DNA from: a virus
Taxonomy: Duplodnaviria > Caudoviricetes
Virus record (IMG/VR): IMGVR_UViG_3300020043_005514
Coordinates: 1 to 25,082 of that record
Length of the DNA: 25,082 bases
Strand: one strand, 5' to 3'
Part shown: in pieces, positions 15,069-24,470 of the stretch
Layout of the letters: the number at the start of each line of letters is the position of its first letter
Position numbering within the stretch: position 1 is the stretch's first letter
Translations under genes and position numbers: made by a program
Notes under the pieces: generated by a model
The model's input: only the letters and a program-made list of their open reading frames with translations
Told to the model about the DNA's origin: nothing
The model's database searches: none

Positions 15069-16292
15069 TTAAGCCTTAAATTCAACAAAACGGACGGCTT
15101 CGGAGTTCACCAAATCGCCACCTGTGCGCTTAGTAAAGTACCATTGCACCACATCAGGATTGGTGATGTTGTCACGAATGACATTAACGCCGCGGCGGTC
15201 AACAATTTGATACGCTTGGTTTAAATCACCAACGAACATAGACAAACTATCGTTAGCAATATCGGCCATATGGTCAAAATCAGGCACTACAGGAATACCC
15301 AAAATCATACCAAACGGCGAATCAGTTAAGTTCCATGTTGGTTGCCAGATAAAGTTACCATCGGAGTCTTGTAACTTCATCGCTTCGGCAAAAGTGAAGC
15401 GATTCATGCCCCAAATTGCACCCGCACGATAAGCACCGCGTAAGGACATGGCCGCATCAATCAAAATTTTACCGCCGTTAGGAGTTGCAGCAAAACCACC
15501 ATTTGCGCCAGTTTTGAACTTTTGTACTGTACCCCATGCGCGGCTATTGTCGCCCGTGTATGCAGTAGCAACAGTCATCATGCCGCGTGGCTGTAACACA
15601 CCGTTACCTAACAAGAAACCGTAAGCCTCACCCTCTGCAAAACCTTGAGCCGCATCATTAACAATCATTGCTTCAATGTCGTAATCCGCATCTTCAAGCA
15701 TTTCTGTTGTTGCTGTTGGTTTGGCGTAAAGTTTTTTGACTTTGATTTCGTATTGACCAAACTGTTTTGTCGCTGTGGTGCTTGGCGTATTGCCTTGAAA
15801 GCCCCACGAATAACTGTTACGGCCATTGTCAATCAAACCTGTCACAGTTTCTTTGCTAGTGTTTTTAACATTGGCAAAACGGCGAACAGGTGAATTGTCG
15901 CGAATACGTTGGATAATACGGCCAGTCGTGTCGGACGTAGTTAAATAACCACCATCAGGATTAGTAATCGTGCTTAATGCTTTTTGCTCAGTGTCGCTTA
16001 ATTGCATACCGCGCATTTTTTTGAATAACGCGCTTTTTGCTTCACGAACTTCTTTAGTTAAACCATCAACGCCTGTTTGAATTTGTGCAGATTGAGCTGC
16101 TTTAAGTTCTTGAATAGCTTGAATCAATCCAGTGATGTCGTTTTGAATCGCATCTTGTTTGGATTTTGTTTCGGCTAAAACATCACCATGCTTTTTAAAT
16201 TCAGCTACGGCTTGTTCTTGGGATTGGCGCAATTGGGATACGGCATTGCCTGCATCATCAATTAACTTCTTGACTTCGGTAATATCAGTCAT
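15069..16292 (-). CDS. Major capsid protein, HK97 family
   Basis: Coiled-coil delta domain, DGGYL, EMLEDA, FLLGNG..QPRG, FIWQP, KRTGG. Confidence 0.96.
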   Translation of the reverse strand: MTDITEVKKLIDDAGNAVSQLRQSQEQAVAEFKKHGDVLAETKSKQDAIQNDITGLIQAIQELKAAQSAQIQTGVDGLTKEVREAKSALFKKMRGMQLSDTEQKALSTITNPDGGYLTTSDTTGRIIQRIRDNSPVRRFANVKNTSKETVTGLIDNGRNSYSWGFQGNTPSTTATKQFGQYEIKVKKLYAKPTATTEMLEDADYDIEAMIVNDAAQGFAEGEAYGFLLGNGVLQPRGMMTVATAYTGDNSRAWGTVQKFKTGANGGFAATPNGGKILIDAAMSLRGAYRAGAIWGMNRFTFAEAMKLQDSDGNFIWQPTWNLTDSPFGMILGIPVVPDFDHMADIANDSLSMFVGDLNQAYQIVDRRGVNVIRDNITNPDVVQWYFTKRTGGDLVNSEAVRFVEFKA

Positions 16293-16296
16293 GAGA

Positions 16297-16935
16297 CTAA
16301 CCTCGCAATGTTTGATTAAATTTCACTAATGAAGCGGCTAACTCATCATAATTAGGCTCATCATCTCGAATTGCCTTGATTTTACTGATTAGTGTTTTCG
16401 CCTCAGAGCGTGATAACTTACAAACATCGCGCAGGTAATGTTCACAGTCTCTTACAGTGTCTAGTTTACACGATTTCATGTCATTGACAAGGGCATTGGG
16501 ATTCATGGCAAATGTCACGAATGAGTATTCCATCACCGACAGTTTTTTGATAATGCGCGTGTCATTATCATAGCTAAAATCATCAATTCTAAAGCCAATG
16601 CTTAACCCATCAATCGCGTTGTTCTTAACTAAGGTACGCGCCTCTTGTGCTTTTTGAATATCAAGCAACAATTCACCATCAACCGCTAGGCCGTTATCAT
16701 CTTCGCGCATTGATAAGGTTTTGCCGATAGGGTTATTCCAATCATGCTGCCATAGCACACGGACGCGGCTAGGGTCGGCTTTGTCTAGCCATTCGCTAAA
16801 CGCGCCCTTTAAAATAATATCACCGCCCAAATCTACGTTACCCGTAACAGCAGCATAACCACTAAACGTACCATCGCCCGCTTCTTTAAAATTACTATCA
16901 ACAAGACTTAGAGCCTTTGTGTAATGTAAACGCAT
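16297..16935 (-). CDS. Prohead maturation protease, HK97 family
   Basis: FSGYAAV.GNVD, LWQHD, GLSIGF, EYSFVTFAMN. Confidence 0.96.
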   Translation of the reverse strand: MRLHYTKALSLVDSNFKEAGDGTFSGYAAVTGNVDLGGDIILKGAFSEWLDKADPSRVRVLWQHDWNNPIGKTLSMREDDNGLAVDGELLLDIQKAQEARTLVKNNAIDGLSIGFRIDDFSYDNDTRIIKKLSVMEYSFVTFAMNPNALVNDMKSCKLDTVRDCEHYLRDVCKLSRSEAKTLISKIKAIRDDEPNYDELAASLVKFNQTLRG

Positions 16936-16936
16936 A

Positions 16937-17278
16937 TCATAACCCTTTAGAATTAGTTAGTTTCCAGAATGTTTTATTTCCAAAAACTCGACCATCGTTA
17001 TATTTAACAGCTATCAGCCCACCGCTAACATGATTCTCTAGTGAGTAAACTGAGCAATTCAAAAAATGAGACACTTTAAAATTTAATCTTCTTTTTGTAA
17101 TGCAAATTTCGTTAAAATCTTCAATGCTAACAGGCAACATATTAGACGGGTGATAATAATAAAAAGGAGCAACGCCGACAAAATAAAACTTTTCGCAGTC
17201 TCTAACAAAAATAGATGTTTTTATTTTAAATATCCAAAATAAAAACCTTTGAAAAATAGCCATATCATAACCCCTCAA
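16937..17278 (-). CDS. AT-rich hypothetical protein inserted in the head module
   Basis: ORF fills the gap exactly; visibly more AT-rich than neighbours; start may be MAIFQ (17263). Confidence 0.55.
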   Translation of the reverse strand: MRGYDMAIFQRFLFWIFKIKTSIFVRDCEKFYFVGVAPFYYYHPSNMLPVSIEDFNEICITKRRLNFKVSHFLNCSVYSLENHVSGGLIAVKYNDGRVFGNKTFWKLTNSKGL

Positions 17279-17280
17279 AA

Positions 17281-18045
17281 TTATCTAACATCGTAACCCA
17301 AAACACACCGACAATTGATAGTATTTTCTGCGCTCGCTGTCGGGTCACTCGGATACTTCATTGATTCACCGCCAACATTAAACGGCTGCCCCATTGGTCG
17401 TGTTTGACCATTAGCGTTTTTATGTGAGTCTCTCACCCGACTATCGTTTGTGCTTATCCACTCGACCACAACGTCAAGTCCCGAATCAGTAGCGGCTGAT
17501 TCTGCTCTTGTGTACTGTGATACATTCGCCGCCTTGTGCGTTTCTGTACGCGCTATGGTCATTGCTCGGCTCACTGAGTTTTGACCGCCTATCCTGTTTG
17601 CAATGGCATTTGCCACCTTAGTCGGTGTCGCTGCGTAAGGGTCGGCTATACTTGCTTGCATCGTCTGCATGATAACCGCGCTTGCTATGGCCACTGTATT
17701 AGAGCTAACTGTTGTTGCTGTGGTTAATACGTTAGATGCTAAGATACTGTAAATGCTATTCTCGACAAAGTTATCAAAGATGTCCTTTTTGCCTGTGAAT
17801 TTAAACGCCTTAAACCGTTCCGATGTTTCTTTGCTTAAATCGGTTAAAATCTCGGTCATGCGTGTTTTGTGTTGTGCTTGAATCTCGGCGAATTGGCTGT
17901 CGTTTTGGTTTGTTTCGTATGAGTTGGCCAATTGATTAGCTGTCTTTTTTAGCTCACGCTTAATCAATTTTTGATAGTGCAAGGCGATTCTGTCTTGTGT
18001 CAACAAAACAGCCCTTGCGTACTTTAGCTTCTCGATTCGTGTCAT
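17281..18045 (-). CDS. Head morphogenesis protein (SPP1 gp7 / Mu gpF family)
   Basis: RAMTIARTET, WIST.DSRVRDSH, YPSDP, NTINCRC. Confidence 0.92.
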   Translation of the reverse strand: MTRIEKLKYARAVLLTQDRIALHYQKLIKRELKKTANQLANSYETNQNDSQFAEIQAQHKTRMTEILTDLSKETSERFKAFKFTGKKDIFDNFVENSIYSILASNVLTTATTVSSNTVAIASAVIMQTMQASIADPYAATPTKVANAIANRIGGQNSVSRAMTIARTETHKAANVSQYTRAESAATDSGLDVVVEWISTNDSRVRDSHKNANGQTRPMGQPFNVGGESMKYPSDPTASAENTINCRCVLGYDVR

Positions 18046-18047
18046 AA

Positions 18048-19274
18048 CTAAAACATCGGATTAAGGTTAGGTATATCTGCCCCTGCCATTTCAAGCGGTA
18101 TCAATCCACTATTGACCAATAACACATCGCCACCATCTACAGGCTCATAGCCCATCGCCTGCCGCTTTTCGTTGGTGCTGATTGATTGCATGGTGTCTAG
18201 TTTGGTATTACGCTCGGCACGTCTTGGCTCTAATGCTGCCACCGAATCAATGTCCACACAAAGAATATCAGTTGGTTTTAAGCCAACACGCCACCCAAGC
18301 CAACGATTAAGCGATGCTAAAAGGTTGTTATAAAGTGGAATGGCCGAATCTTCATAAAAGGCCGCCCTTGCTTGTTCATAGTTAGCATAGGTTTGGCTGC
18401 CCTCGATACCTAATATTTGTGGCGGTACTTTTAGGGCTTCGCATACATCTAGTTTAGCCGATGTTTTACCGCCCAAAAACTCAGCATCGCGCATGGTAAA
18501 TCCAAAAGATTGCCACTTGAGGCCTCCCTCAGTAATCACTGGCTTGCCCGTATTTCCCTCGCCTGTGTACGTCTCGCTGAATTGCTCTTTTAATCGCTGA
18601 AAAGCAGTTTCATCTAAATTAGAATCGGTACTTAATGCACCGCTCGGCTGCATACCGTTTTTGAGTAATGAAAAGTTAGACTTGGCATAGGCGTTTAATT
18701 GGTCAACAGCATAAGAGCATGGCAACAAAGGGCTGCACCCTCTAAACCTGTCTAACGGACTGTACGCTTTCCACATCAACATATTTGATGGCAATACTGC
18801 CATAGATTTAATGTCGTTATCGCTCGCTGTGTACTGCCAAATAGCAACCTTTGCCGTCATGGTTTGAGATAATACAGGCGTGAGATAATCAGGGCGTAGA
18901 ATAAAAATCTCTTTAGGCAGTCGGGACGGTATAGCCGCATCGCCCCATATCGGAGCTTCGCCACCAACAAGATAATAAATGACCGCCTGTTCTAAAAACT
19001 CGCTTAATGATTGCAGCTCGTTAGGCTGTGATATGAGACTCATTAGCGAGGCATTGTTAATAACCTCCTCACCGCGTTTAATAATAATCGGGCATGAATT
19101 AAACGCGCTAACGTATTGTTGTATGCAAGCATAGACAGTCGGGTTTTGTTGATACGCCTCTTGTACAAATTGGGCAAAATTATAAGCTGTAAAATTGCTA
19201 GATTGGCGAATAAGCACACCTAAAGCATTGCTTTTCTGTTCGCCTTTCCAAAACTGCCACCATTTTTTACTCAT
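18048..19274 (-). CDS. Portal protein, HK97 family
   Basis: NPTVYACI, PNELQS, LKNGMQPSGAL, EGGLKWQ, VPPQILG, TYANYEQAR. Confidence 0.96.
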   Translation of the reverse strand: MSKKWWQFWKGEQKSNALGVLIRQSSNFTAYNFAQFVQEAYQQNPTVYACIQQYVSAFNSCPIIIKRGEEVINNASLMSLISQPNELQSLSEFLEQAVIYYLVGGEAPIWGDAAIPSRLPKEIFILRPDYLTPVLSQTMTAKVAIWQYTASDNDIKSMAVLPSNMLMWKAYSPLDRFRGCSPLLPCSYAVDQLNAYAKSNFSLLKNGMQPSGALSTDSNLDETAFQRLKEQFSETYTGEGNTGKPVITEGGLKWQSFGFTMRDAEFLGGKTSAKLDVCEALKVPPQILGIEGSQTYANYEQARAAFYEDSAIPLYNNLLASLNRWLGWRVGLKPTDILCVDIDSVAALEPRRAERNTKLDTMQSISTNEKRQAMGYEPVDGGDVLLVNSGLIPLEMAGADIPNLNPMF

Positions 19275-20473
19275 AATCGCCGTACTCTTACAATGTTTGA
19301 TGGTCTAACTATTGGCTCTATCGCATAGCGTAACGCGTCTGCATAGTGATTGTTTTTATCTTCAATGTCGGTGGTCGGGTTATCGCTATCATCTGTTTTA
19401 TAACTATACGCCGCCAACTCTGCAAAACAACACTGTGCGTCAGGGTGTATGTAGATTGCCTTAAATGTCTGCAATGCTACAACGCCGTCCTCTACGCTGC
19501 CTTTCCACTTTGTACAACCTTTAATCAATAGTATCTCTTTTTTAACTTTTGATATAGTCTCAGGCCTCGCACAATCAGCCCGTGATGTATATTTTAGCAC
19601 ATTAGGCACATGGTCAATAAGATACGCGCCTGTGTCGTCTAACTCAAGCCCCACTTTTGATGCCGCGTTTCTAATATATAAACTATCCTGAAAAATATAA
19701 CACTCAATAATTGCAGTGGGGTCAACACTAAATCCCCAATCTATGCCGATGTACGGTGTACCAAATGTCGGGTTAATTTCAAAATCAAGCATCTTCAACT
19801 TTTTGGCCAAGATAGAGTTATCGCTGATTTTTAGGAATTGCCCCTCCCAAATCCAAGCGTATCGCCCTGCATCGCCTTTTAAGTCTCGCTGTCTTTGTCG
19901 TTCTAAAGCATCGGGAAACCACGGATTGTCATGCCAGTTAATCGTGATATGTAATGTTCTATCGTCTTTATTAACAATAAACTGTTGCCAAGTTGCGTCT
20001 TGTTCAAAACGTGGGTTAAACACTACATAAAATCTTACTTGGCCATATCGTGGTGTAGGTCGCAAGTATGACCATGAATTGTCTGTTACGTTTTCGGCTT
20101 CATCGACCAAAACGACACGAAGTTTGTTAATTGATTTAATGGACGTGATATTGGATTTTAAGCCTGCAAAAATAAACCTTGCGCCCGTTAGATTGTTTGT
20201 TATTTCGCCTTGTATAATTTTAAAATAAGACTGTAATTCATACTTGTATATTGTGCTTACAATAGTTGCATAAAGCGAATCAGCGATTGATTTTTGAATC
20301 TCACGACAACATAGAATCACACCATCATCAATGAATGATTCTAAAACGCCTAATGCGGATAAAGCCTCAGATTTTGCGCCACCACGTCCACCATCCATGA
20401 TGATGATGTCATATAAACATGATTTTAGATTATCAAAAGCGGGAATTAGCTTTTTAGGTGCGTTAATCGTCAT
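19271..20473 (-). CDS. terL: Terminase large subunit (PBSX family)
   Basis: GGRGGAKS Walker A, CCREIQKSI, VLVDEAE Walker B, GIDWGFSVDP, NHYADALRYA. Confidence 0.96.
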   Translation of the reverse strand: MTINAPKKLIPAFDNLKSCLYDIIIMDGGRGGAKSEALSALGVLESFIDDGVILCCREIQKSIADSLYATIVSTIYKYELQSYFKIIQGEITNNLTGARFIFAGLKSNITSIKSINKLRVVLVDEAENVTDNSWSYLRPTPRYGQVRFYVVFNPRFEQDATWQQFIVNKDDRTLHITINWHDNPWFPDALERQRQRDLKGDAGRYAWIWEGQFLKISDNSILAKKLKMLDFEINPTFGTPYIGIDWGFSVDPTAIIECYIFQDSLYIRNAASKVGLELDDTGAYLIDHVPNVLKYTSRADCARPETISKVKKEILLIKGCTKWKGSVEDGVVALQTFKAIYIHPDAQCCFAELAAYSYKTDDSDNPTTDIEDKNNHYADALRYAIEPIVRPSNIVRVRRL

Positions 20474-20846
20474 CTTTAGGGGATACCCCTACGATATTAA
20501 AAACAGGTGGTTGTAATGCTGTACCATTCGCGCCCGTGTGTTCTTGTACGTTTGTCTCTTTCCACCCCATGCGAGTTTTAGCCCAAAACATTGCAGCCCT
20601 TACGCAATCGCTATGTGTTGCGCCTGTAGCTAATGCTTGACCACTTGCTGCTTGATATAAAAACTTGCCAACATTTGCATTTGCTTTAATTGCGCTGTTT
20701 TCTAATTCTTCACGATAATACTTATACAGTGTTTTATCATCTATGCCGATATATGCAGCAACTTCTTTAATAGGCACACCATAAGAACGCAATGCGATAA
20801 TCTCGGCTCTTGTTTTTTCGGTTGGTTGATGCAGTGGTTTTGACAT
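20463..20846 (-). CDS. Terminase small subunit (HTH-containing)
   Basis: Immediately upstream of TerL; EVAAYIGIDDKTLYKYYREEL HTH; AAMFWAKTRMGWKE; EHTGANG. Confidence 0.8.
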   Translation of the reverse strand: MSKPLHQPTEKTRAEIIALRSYGVPIKEVAAYIGIDDKTLYKYYREELENSAIKANANVGKFLYQAASGQALATGATHSDCVRAAMFWAKTRMGWKETNVQEHTGANGTALQPPVFNIVGVSPKDDD

Positions 20847-20848
20847 AG

Positions 20849-21610
20849 TTAAGCCTCATTTGTTTTTTTTGAGGCTGCACAAGATGAGTGGAGCGTGATG
20901 GTTGGAATCGCACCACCGCTCACTGACTGGTCGCCAGTGGTTGCCTTTGTATCACGCTTAATTGAAACACCTTTATACATACCCGCGCCCATTTCGTCAA
21001 TCTTTGAAAATGGTATAACTGGCACTGTAAGCCGCGCTTTTGCTGATTCATTAAGAAAGTAGATATATCGTAATTGGTAGCCCTTCAAAGGCGTACAATC
21101 TTTTTTTTGCAATCCTTTATATTTTTTATCCGCTGAATTATTAAAAGTTTTATCAGCAACAACTTCGCCATGCGGCGTCATAAGCATTGTCTTATTAACC
21201 TTTATTCCAGTTAAAATAAAACCGCTTGCTCTATAGATTGTGCCATCACCACATTGGCAGCCATCACTAAAACTTAACACCCACTCAATATGTGGGTAAT
21301 GTTTTTTTATCAAACGAAACGCCACTGCCATACAACGGCTTTCACTGTTACGCGGTAATCTGTCGCTAAACGCCATGCGGTTAAGCTCTAGCATTCCGTT
21401 CCATTGTGTGCCATCGACCAAGGGCAGTATCTTGCGCTTATCAATAGACCCGCCAAACGACATAACGCCCTCTAGTTTGTCGTTAAGGTACGCGCCAAAG
21501 TGTAACGTGCTATTGTTTACCACCTTACCGCTATAATGCACCCGCTTAACAAGCGCATTTGCTGCCTGTGCTGTGATAGGCTTTACAATAATATCCTTTG
21601 CACTAACCAT
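20849..21610 (-). CDS. Mom-like DNA modification protein (GNAT-related)
   Basis: HYSGKV, LELNRMAF, PRNSESR, VLSFSD..Q...GTIYRASGF..TG motifs typical of Mu Mom-like proteins. Confidence 0.75.
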   Translation of the reverse strand: MVSAKDIIVKPITAQAANALVKRVHYSGKVVNNSTLHFGAYLNDKLEGVMSFGGSIDKRKILPLVDGTQWNGMLELNRMAFSDRLPRNSESRCMAVAFRLIKKHYPHIEWVLSFSDGCQCGDGTIYRASGFILTGIKVNKTMLMTPHGEVVADKTFNNSADKKYKGLQKKDCTPLKGYQLRYIYFLNESAKARLTVPVIPFSKIDEMGAGMYKGVSIKRDTKATTGDQSVSGGAIPTITLHSSCAASKKTNEA

Positions 21611-22232
21611 TGCGAGCCTCTAGCCATTGGGTGCATATTAAAGCGAGTGCGTTGCCGTTGCTGTTTTCATTTAATCCTGTGTCTACAAGCGGATTTGTTC
21701 TAGCAAGCGTAACAGCATCTTCAACGATTGCGGCTTGCTCGTCATGCAGGGTGAAGGTCTTTTGCTGAAATGGCTCCTTATCACCGCTTGCCAGTTCAGG
21801 CATGCCCACTTCCTCGCTTTCGTCAAAATCAACCGCGCTGATTTCCCCCAATTCAAAACCCGTTAGCTCTAAATTAAAACCATTATCTGCAAGTTCTGCA
21901 AACTCTACGCGGAGCATTTCCTCGTCCCATCCTGCATCTAAGGCAAGGCGGTTATCAGCAATGATATAAGCGCGTTTTTGTGTGTCGCTTAAATGGCCAA
22001 TTTGTAGCACTGGGACTTCTTTTAGCCCTAATTTTTGAGCAGCCATAACGCGGCCATGCCCTGCAATAATTCCATTATCTAAATCAATAAGCACTGGATT
22101 TAAAAAACCGAATTCTTTTATACTTGACGCAATCTTACTAACCTGTGCTTCGCTATGTGTTCTACTGTTTCTTGCGTATGGGATAAGCTCAGTAGTTAAA
22201 ATGCTTTTATAGTTCGGATTATCATTTTTCAT
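21603..22232 (-). CDS. ParB/Srx N-terminal domain protein
   Basis: LIPYARNSRTHS, SIKEFGF, IIAGHGR, AYIIADNRLA..AGWD. Confidence 0.92.
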   Translation of the reverse strand: MKNDNPNYKSILTTELIPYARNSRTHSEAQVSKIASSIKEFGFLNPVLIDLDNGIIAGHGRVMAAQKLGLKEVPVLQIGHLSDTQKRAYIIADNRLALDAGWDEEMLRVEFAELADNGFNLELTGFELGEISAVDFDESEEVGMPELASGDKEPFQQKTFTLHDEQAAIVEDAVTLARTNPLVDTGLNENSNGNALALICTQWLEARNG

Positions 22233-22345
22233 CTCATCCCCTCAATAATCCACCACACTAAATAAACTAACCACACACCAAAAGCAATTATACAACAAAT
22301 GCCACTAACTAAGCACAGTTGCAAAAAGCCTTTAAAGTATTTCAT
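22229..22345 (-). CDS. Small single-TM protein, 38 aa (MKYFKGFLQLCLVSGICCIIAFGVWLVYLVWWIIEGMR)
   Basis: ATGA overlaps at both ends; hydrophobic. Confidence 0.6.
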   Translation of the reverse strand: MKYFKGFLQLCLVSGICCIIAFGVWLVYLVWWIIEGMR

Positions 22346-22548
22346 TTTTTGCGCCACTCATTAAAAGACTGTTTCAGTTTTGGCAACGCAATAATTATCT
22401 GTATGACTGTATAGAGTATCGTTGTCATTATTAACCAGTCCTGTAGTTGTATTCCTGCGAATGTCATTCCTGTGACGATAATAGGCGGTGAAGTTTTTAT
22501 AGCTGCCATACTTAACCCATGCTCGATGTGTTGTGATGTATCAGCCAT
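22342..22548 (-). CDS. Putative holin
   Basis: SPPIIVTGMTFAGIQLQDWLIMTTILYTVIQI hydrophobic segments with basic C-terminus; close to the endolysin; probable start MADTSQ. Confidence 0.7.
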   Translation of the reverse strand: MADTSQHIEHGLSMAAIKTSPPIIVTGMTFAGIQLQDWLIMTTILYTVIQIIIALPKLKQSFNEWRKK

Positions 22549-22549
22549 A

Positions 22550-22717
22550 TTATTTTGCACCAACATTCTCACGCTTAAACACGGCCGTTAAACCTAGCAC
22601 AATGTTTAAAATACCTGTCTGATAATTGCCAGTCATACAGTCAGATATGCCGTTAAATATCAGGGCAATGCCCGCATAACTTGAAGGCTCTTTTAAACGG
22701 TCTTTTACAGAGTCCAC
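22550..22717 (-). CDS. Small two-TM holin-like protein, 55 aa (MDSVKDRLKEPSSYAGIALIFNGISDCMTGNYQTGILNIVLGLTAVFKRENVGAK)
   Basis: GTG start after a GGGG RBS-like run; RLKEPSSYAG motif plus two hydrophobic stretches; missed by the ORF track. Confidence 0.6.
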   Translation of the reverse strand: MDSVKDRLKEPSSYAGIALIFNGISDCMTGNYQTGILNIVLGLTAVFKRENVGAK

Positions 22718-22750
22718 GACTTACCCCAAAATAATTAAGTAATTGTATAA

Positions 22751-22778
22751 ACTATACCACACTAAGAAATAAACGCAA
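22751..22778 (-). promoter_or_regulatory. Candidate sigma70 promoter upstream of holin/packaging genes
   Basis: Minus strand TTGCGT-N16-TATAGT with TGn extended -10, in an intergenic gap. Confidence 0.4.
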
Positions 22779-22781
22779 AAG

Positions 22782-23336
22782 TTAAGCAATCCCAAACATT
22801 AACTTAGTTAATGCCCAATACTGCTTCCTATCGTCTATGCCGTTTAGCCCCCCATTTATCGCCTTTGTACAAGCCGTTATCGCGCCAACGTCTGCCCATC
22901 TATTTAGATTGTTAGACTTCCAAAACCAACAAGCACTAGCCACAGCATGACGTGGATTCTCTAGCAAGTGAGGGTTTTTTAATAGATTTAGTTGTAACGC
23001 ATGGCCACATTGTTGATAATTATAACGTCCTGTAATTTGTATTAACCCACGACCTTTGTACAATTGCCCGTCTCCATCTTCTCCGGGTGTATTGCCTAGT
23101 CTTAATGCTAGTCGTCCCGTGTCATACTTTGACAAATACGCATTACCACCAAGCTCTGCTAACCACTTAAACTCGCCACTCTCATGCAATACCTGCGCTA
23201 TAAACATCGCTTGACGCTCTGGTGTGTTAATCAGCCACAACGGCATTATCTCAGCAAGTAACGCGGCAAACAGTACGCTTTTCTCTTTGCCTTGTTGCGT
23301 CTTGCAACATCTTTGTAAACCATCGATTGTAAGCAT
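22782..23336 (-). CDS. Glycoside hydrolase family 19 endolysin
   Basis: FIAQVLHESG, LGNT...DG..YKGRGLIQITGRYNY, SACWFW, INGGLNGIDDR. Confidence 0.95.
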   Translation of the reverse strand: MLTIDGLQRCCKTQQGKEKSVLFAALLAEIMPLWLINTPERQAMFIAQVLHESGEFKWLAELGGNAYLSKYDTGRLALRLGNTPGEDGDGQLYKGRGLIQITGRYNYQQCGHALQLNLLKNPHLLENPRHAVASACWFWKSNNLNRWADVGAITACTKAINGGLNGIDDRKQYWALTKLMFGIA

Positions 23337-23347
23337 GATTAACTCTT

Positions 23348-23569
23348 TTAATAATTAGCAGATTGTCTTATGTAATGTGTTTCAATCCTGATTCTCATAT
23401 CGTCTGTAAACCACTTGCGCTCTGTCAACTCTAACAAAATAGTCTTTAAATCTCCCTCTGTTTTAATCGTTTTTAGGTTGCACGTTTGTATCACATGGCC
23501 AGTTAAACCACTTGTAAACACTGCTACACCATGCAAAATATCTAAACTCACGCCCTCGAATGGCCTCAT
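23348..23569 (-). CDS. Hypothetical protein (73 aa)
   Basis: Co-oriented ORF with plausible RBS (AAGGG). Confidence 0.6.
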   Translation of the reverse strand: MRPFEGVSLDILHGVAVFTSGLTGHVIQTCNLKTIKTEGDLKTILLELTERKWFTDDMRIRIETHYIRQSANY

Positions 23570-23631
23570 TATTCGACCCTTTTTTTAATATACATCTAAC
23601 AATAGCGCATATAAAAAAAGAGTCAAATATA

Positions 23632-23841
23632 TTAACGCATCTCAAGCCATGTTAAGTATTTGTCCATAAACTTGTCATAGTCCTGTGGCTTGCCAAATGT
23701 ATAGTGACCACCTGCCATGCTTACCTTAAAATTTGTTTCGTTTGGCTCACTAATGTCCTGCACATACTTAAATGCAACTAGACTAGCAAGCATAAATACA
23801 TCACTTAGCATCTCAATTCGTTCTAAATGTGAACCTTTCAT
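23632..23841 (-). CDS. Hypothetical protein (69 aa)
   Basis: Co-oriented ORF starting 13 nt from the attI-like element. Confidence 0.65.
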   Translation of the reverse strand: MKGSHLERIEMLSDVFMLASLVAFKYVQDISEPNETNFKVSMAGGHYTFGKPQDYDKFMDKYLTWLEMR

Positions 23842-23853
23842 AACATATCTCTT

Positions 23854-23926
23854 AATGTAAGTTGACGTATAACATTCATCACAAAGCGTAGTTATACGTC
23901 ATTTTGATGTCTAAAACGAGTTAGAC
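23854..23926 (+). other. attI-like array anchor, right copy
   Basis: Ends GTCTAAAACGA-GTTAGAC (attI1: CCCTAAAACAAA-GTTRRRY); TGACGTATAAC-N17-GTTATACGTCA inverted repeat; inverted copy of 2147-2219. Confidence 0.72.
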
Positions 23927-24139
23927 GACATTTGCCGTGGCCAGCAGTGCCAAAACCTTACGCCATTGTTTAAGCGGCATATCTCTATGTCCAATGGCTT
24001 CTAAATCCTCAACAAGCCATTGCCTAAGCGTCCTATCAGAAACGCCTAAAAGCCGCGCTAAGGCGGCTTGTGTAACGCCAAGCGATGCTATCGCTAGGCG
24101 TAGGTTTGTGGGCGTGTAGCCCACTTCAAAATTAGGCAT
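23921..24139 (-). CDS. XRE/Cro-like helix-turn-helix protein
   Basis: GVTQAALARLLGVSDRTLRQWL; TAA coincides with the attI-like core GTTAGAC. Confidence 0.85.
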   Translation of the reverse strand: MPNFEVGYTPTNLRLAIASLGVTQAALARLLGVSDRTLRQWLVEDLEAIGHRDMPLKQWRKVLALLATANVV

Positions 24140-24422
24140 TTACTAACTCGATTTCATTACGAGTAAAATCACAACGCAAATCACACAAAGCCTCGTATGT
24201 TTGGCCAAGCTCACCACCATCGCCAACATGGTCATAATAATCAACATCAAAAAATTCACGCATCACATCGTTTTGGATGTCATCGTAGCCTTGTGCAATC
24301 AATGCTTCTTCTTTGTACATCTCATGCAAAGAGCCATCTGCAACCTTTGCTTTAGTCGCTTCAAAAGAAGCAGTAGCCAATTTCGTGAATTTTTCAACAG
24401 CTTGCATTTTGATAGTTTTCAT
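24132..24422 (-). CDS. Acidic hypothetical protein, first gene of the two-gene HTH cassette
   Basis: Overlaps the HTH start by 8 nt; downstream of its own predicted promoter. Confidence 0.75.
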   Translation of the reverse strand: MKTIKMQAVEKFTKLATASFEATKAKVADGSLHEMYKEEALIAQGYDDIQNDVMREFFDVDYYDHVGDGGELGQTYEALCDLRCDFTRNEIELVNA

Positions 24423-24470
24423 AATTTTATCTCTACGTCGTGGTTCACGTTATGTGTCCCTATGTGATGT

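Noticed and set aside
4751-20516. Plus-strand ORFs in the track overlapping structural genes (e.g. 5206-5424, 10590-11231, 19716-20030)
   Set aside because: Antisense shadows of well-supported minus-strand genes.
23463-23645. 60-aa minus ORF and TTGACT-N16-TATTGT promoter candidate at 23599-23626
   Set aside because: The ORF overlaps both neighbours, one of them extensively; the promoter match is weak in AT-rich DNA.
2147-23926. Anchors as transposon terminal inverted repeats or prophage attL/attR
   Set aside because: No transposase or target duplication; attL/attR are direct repeats; phage-type genes continue outside both copies.
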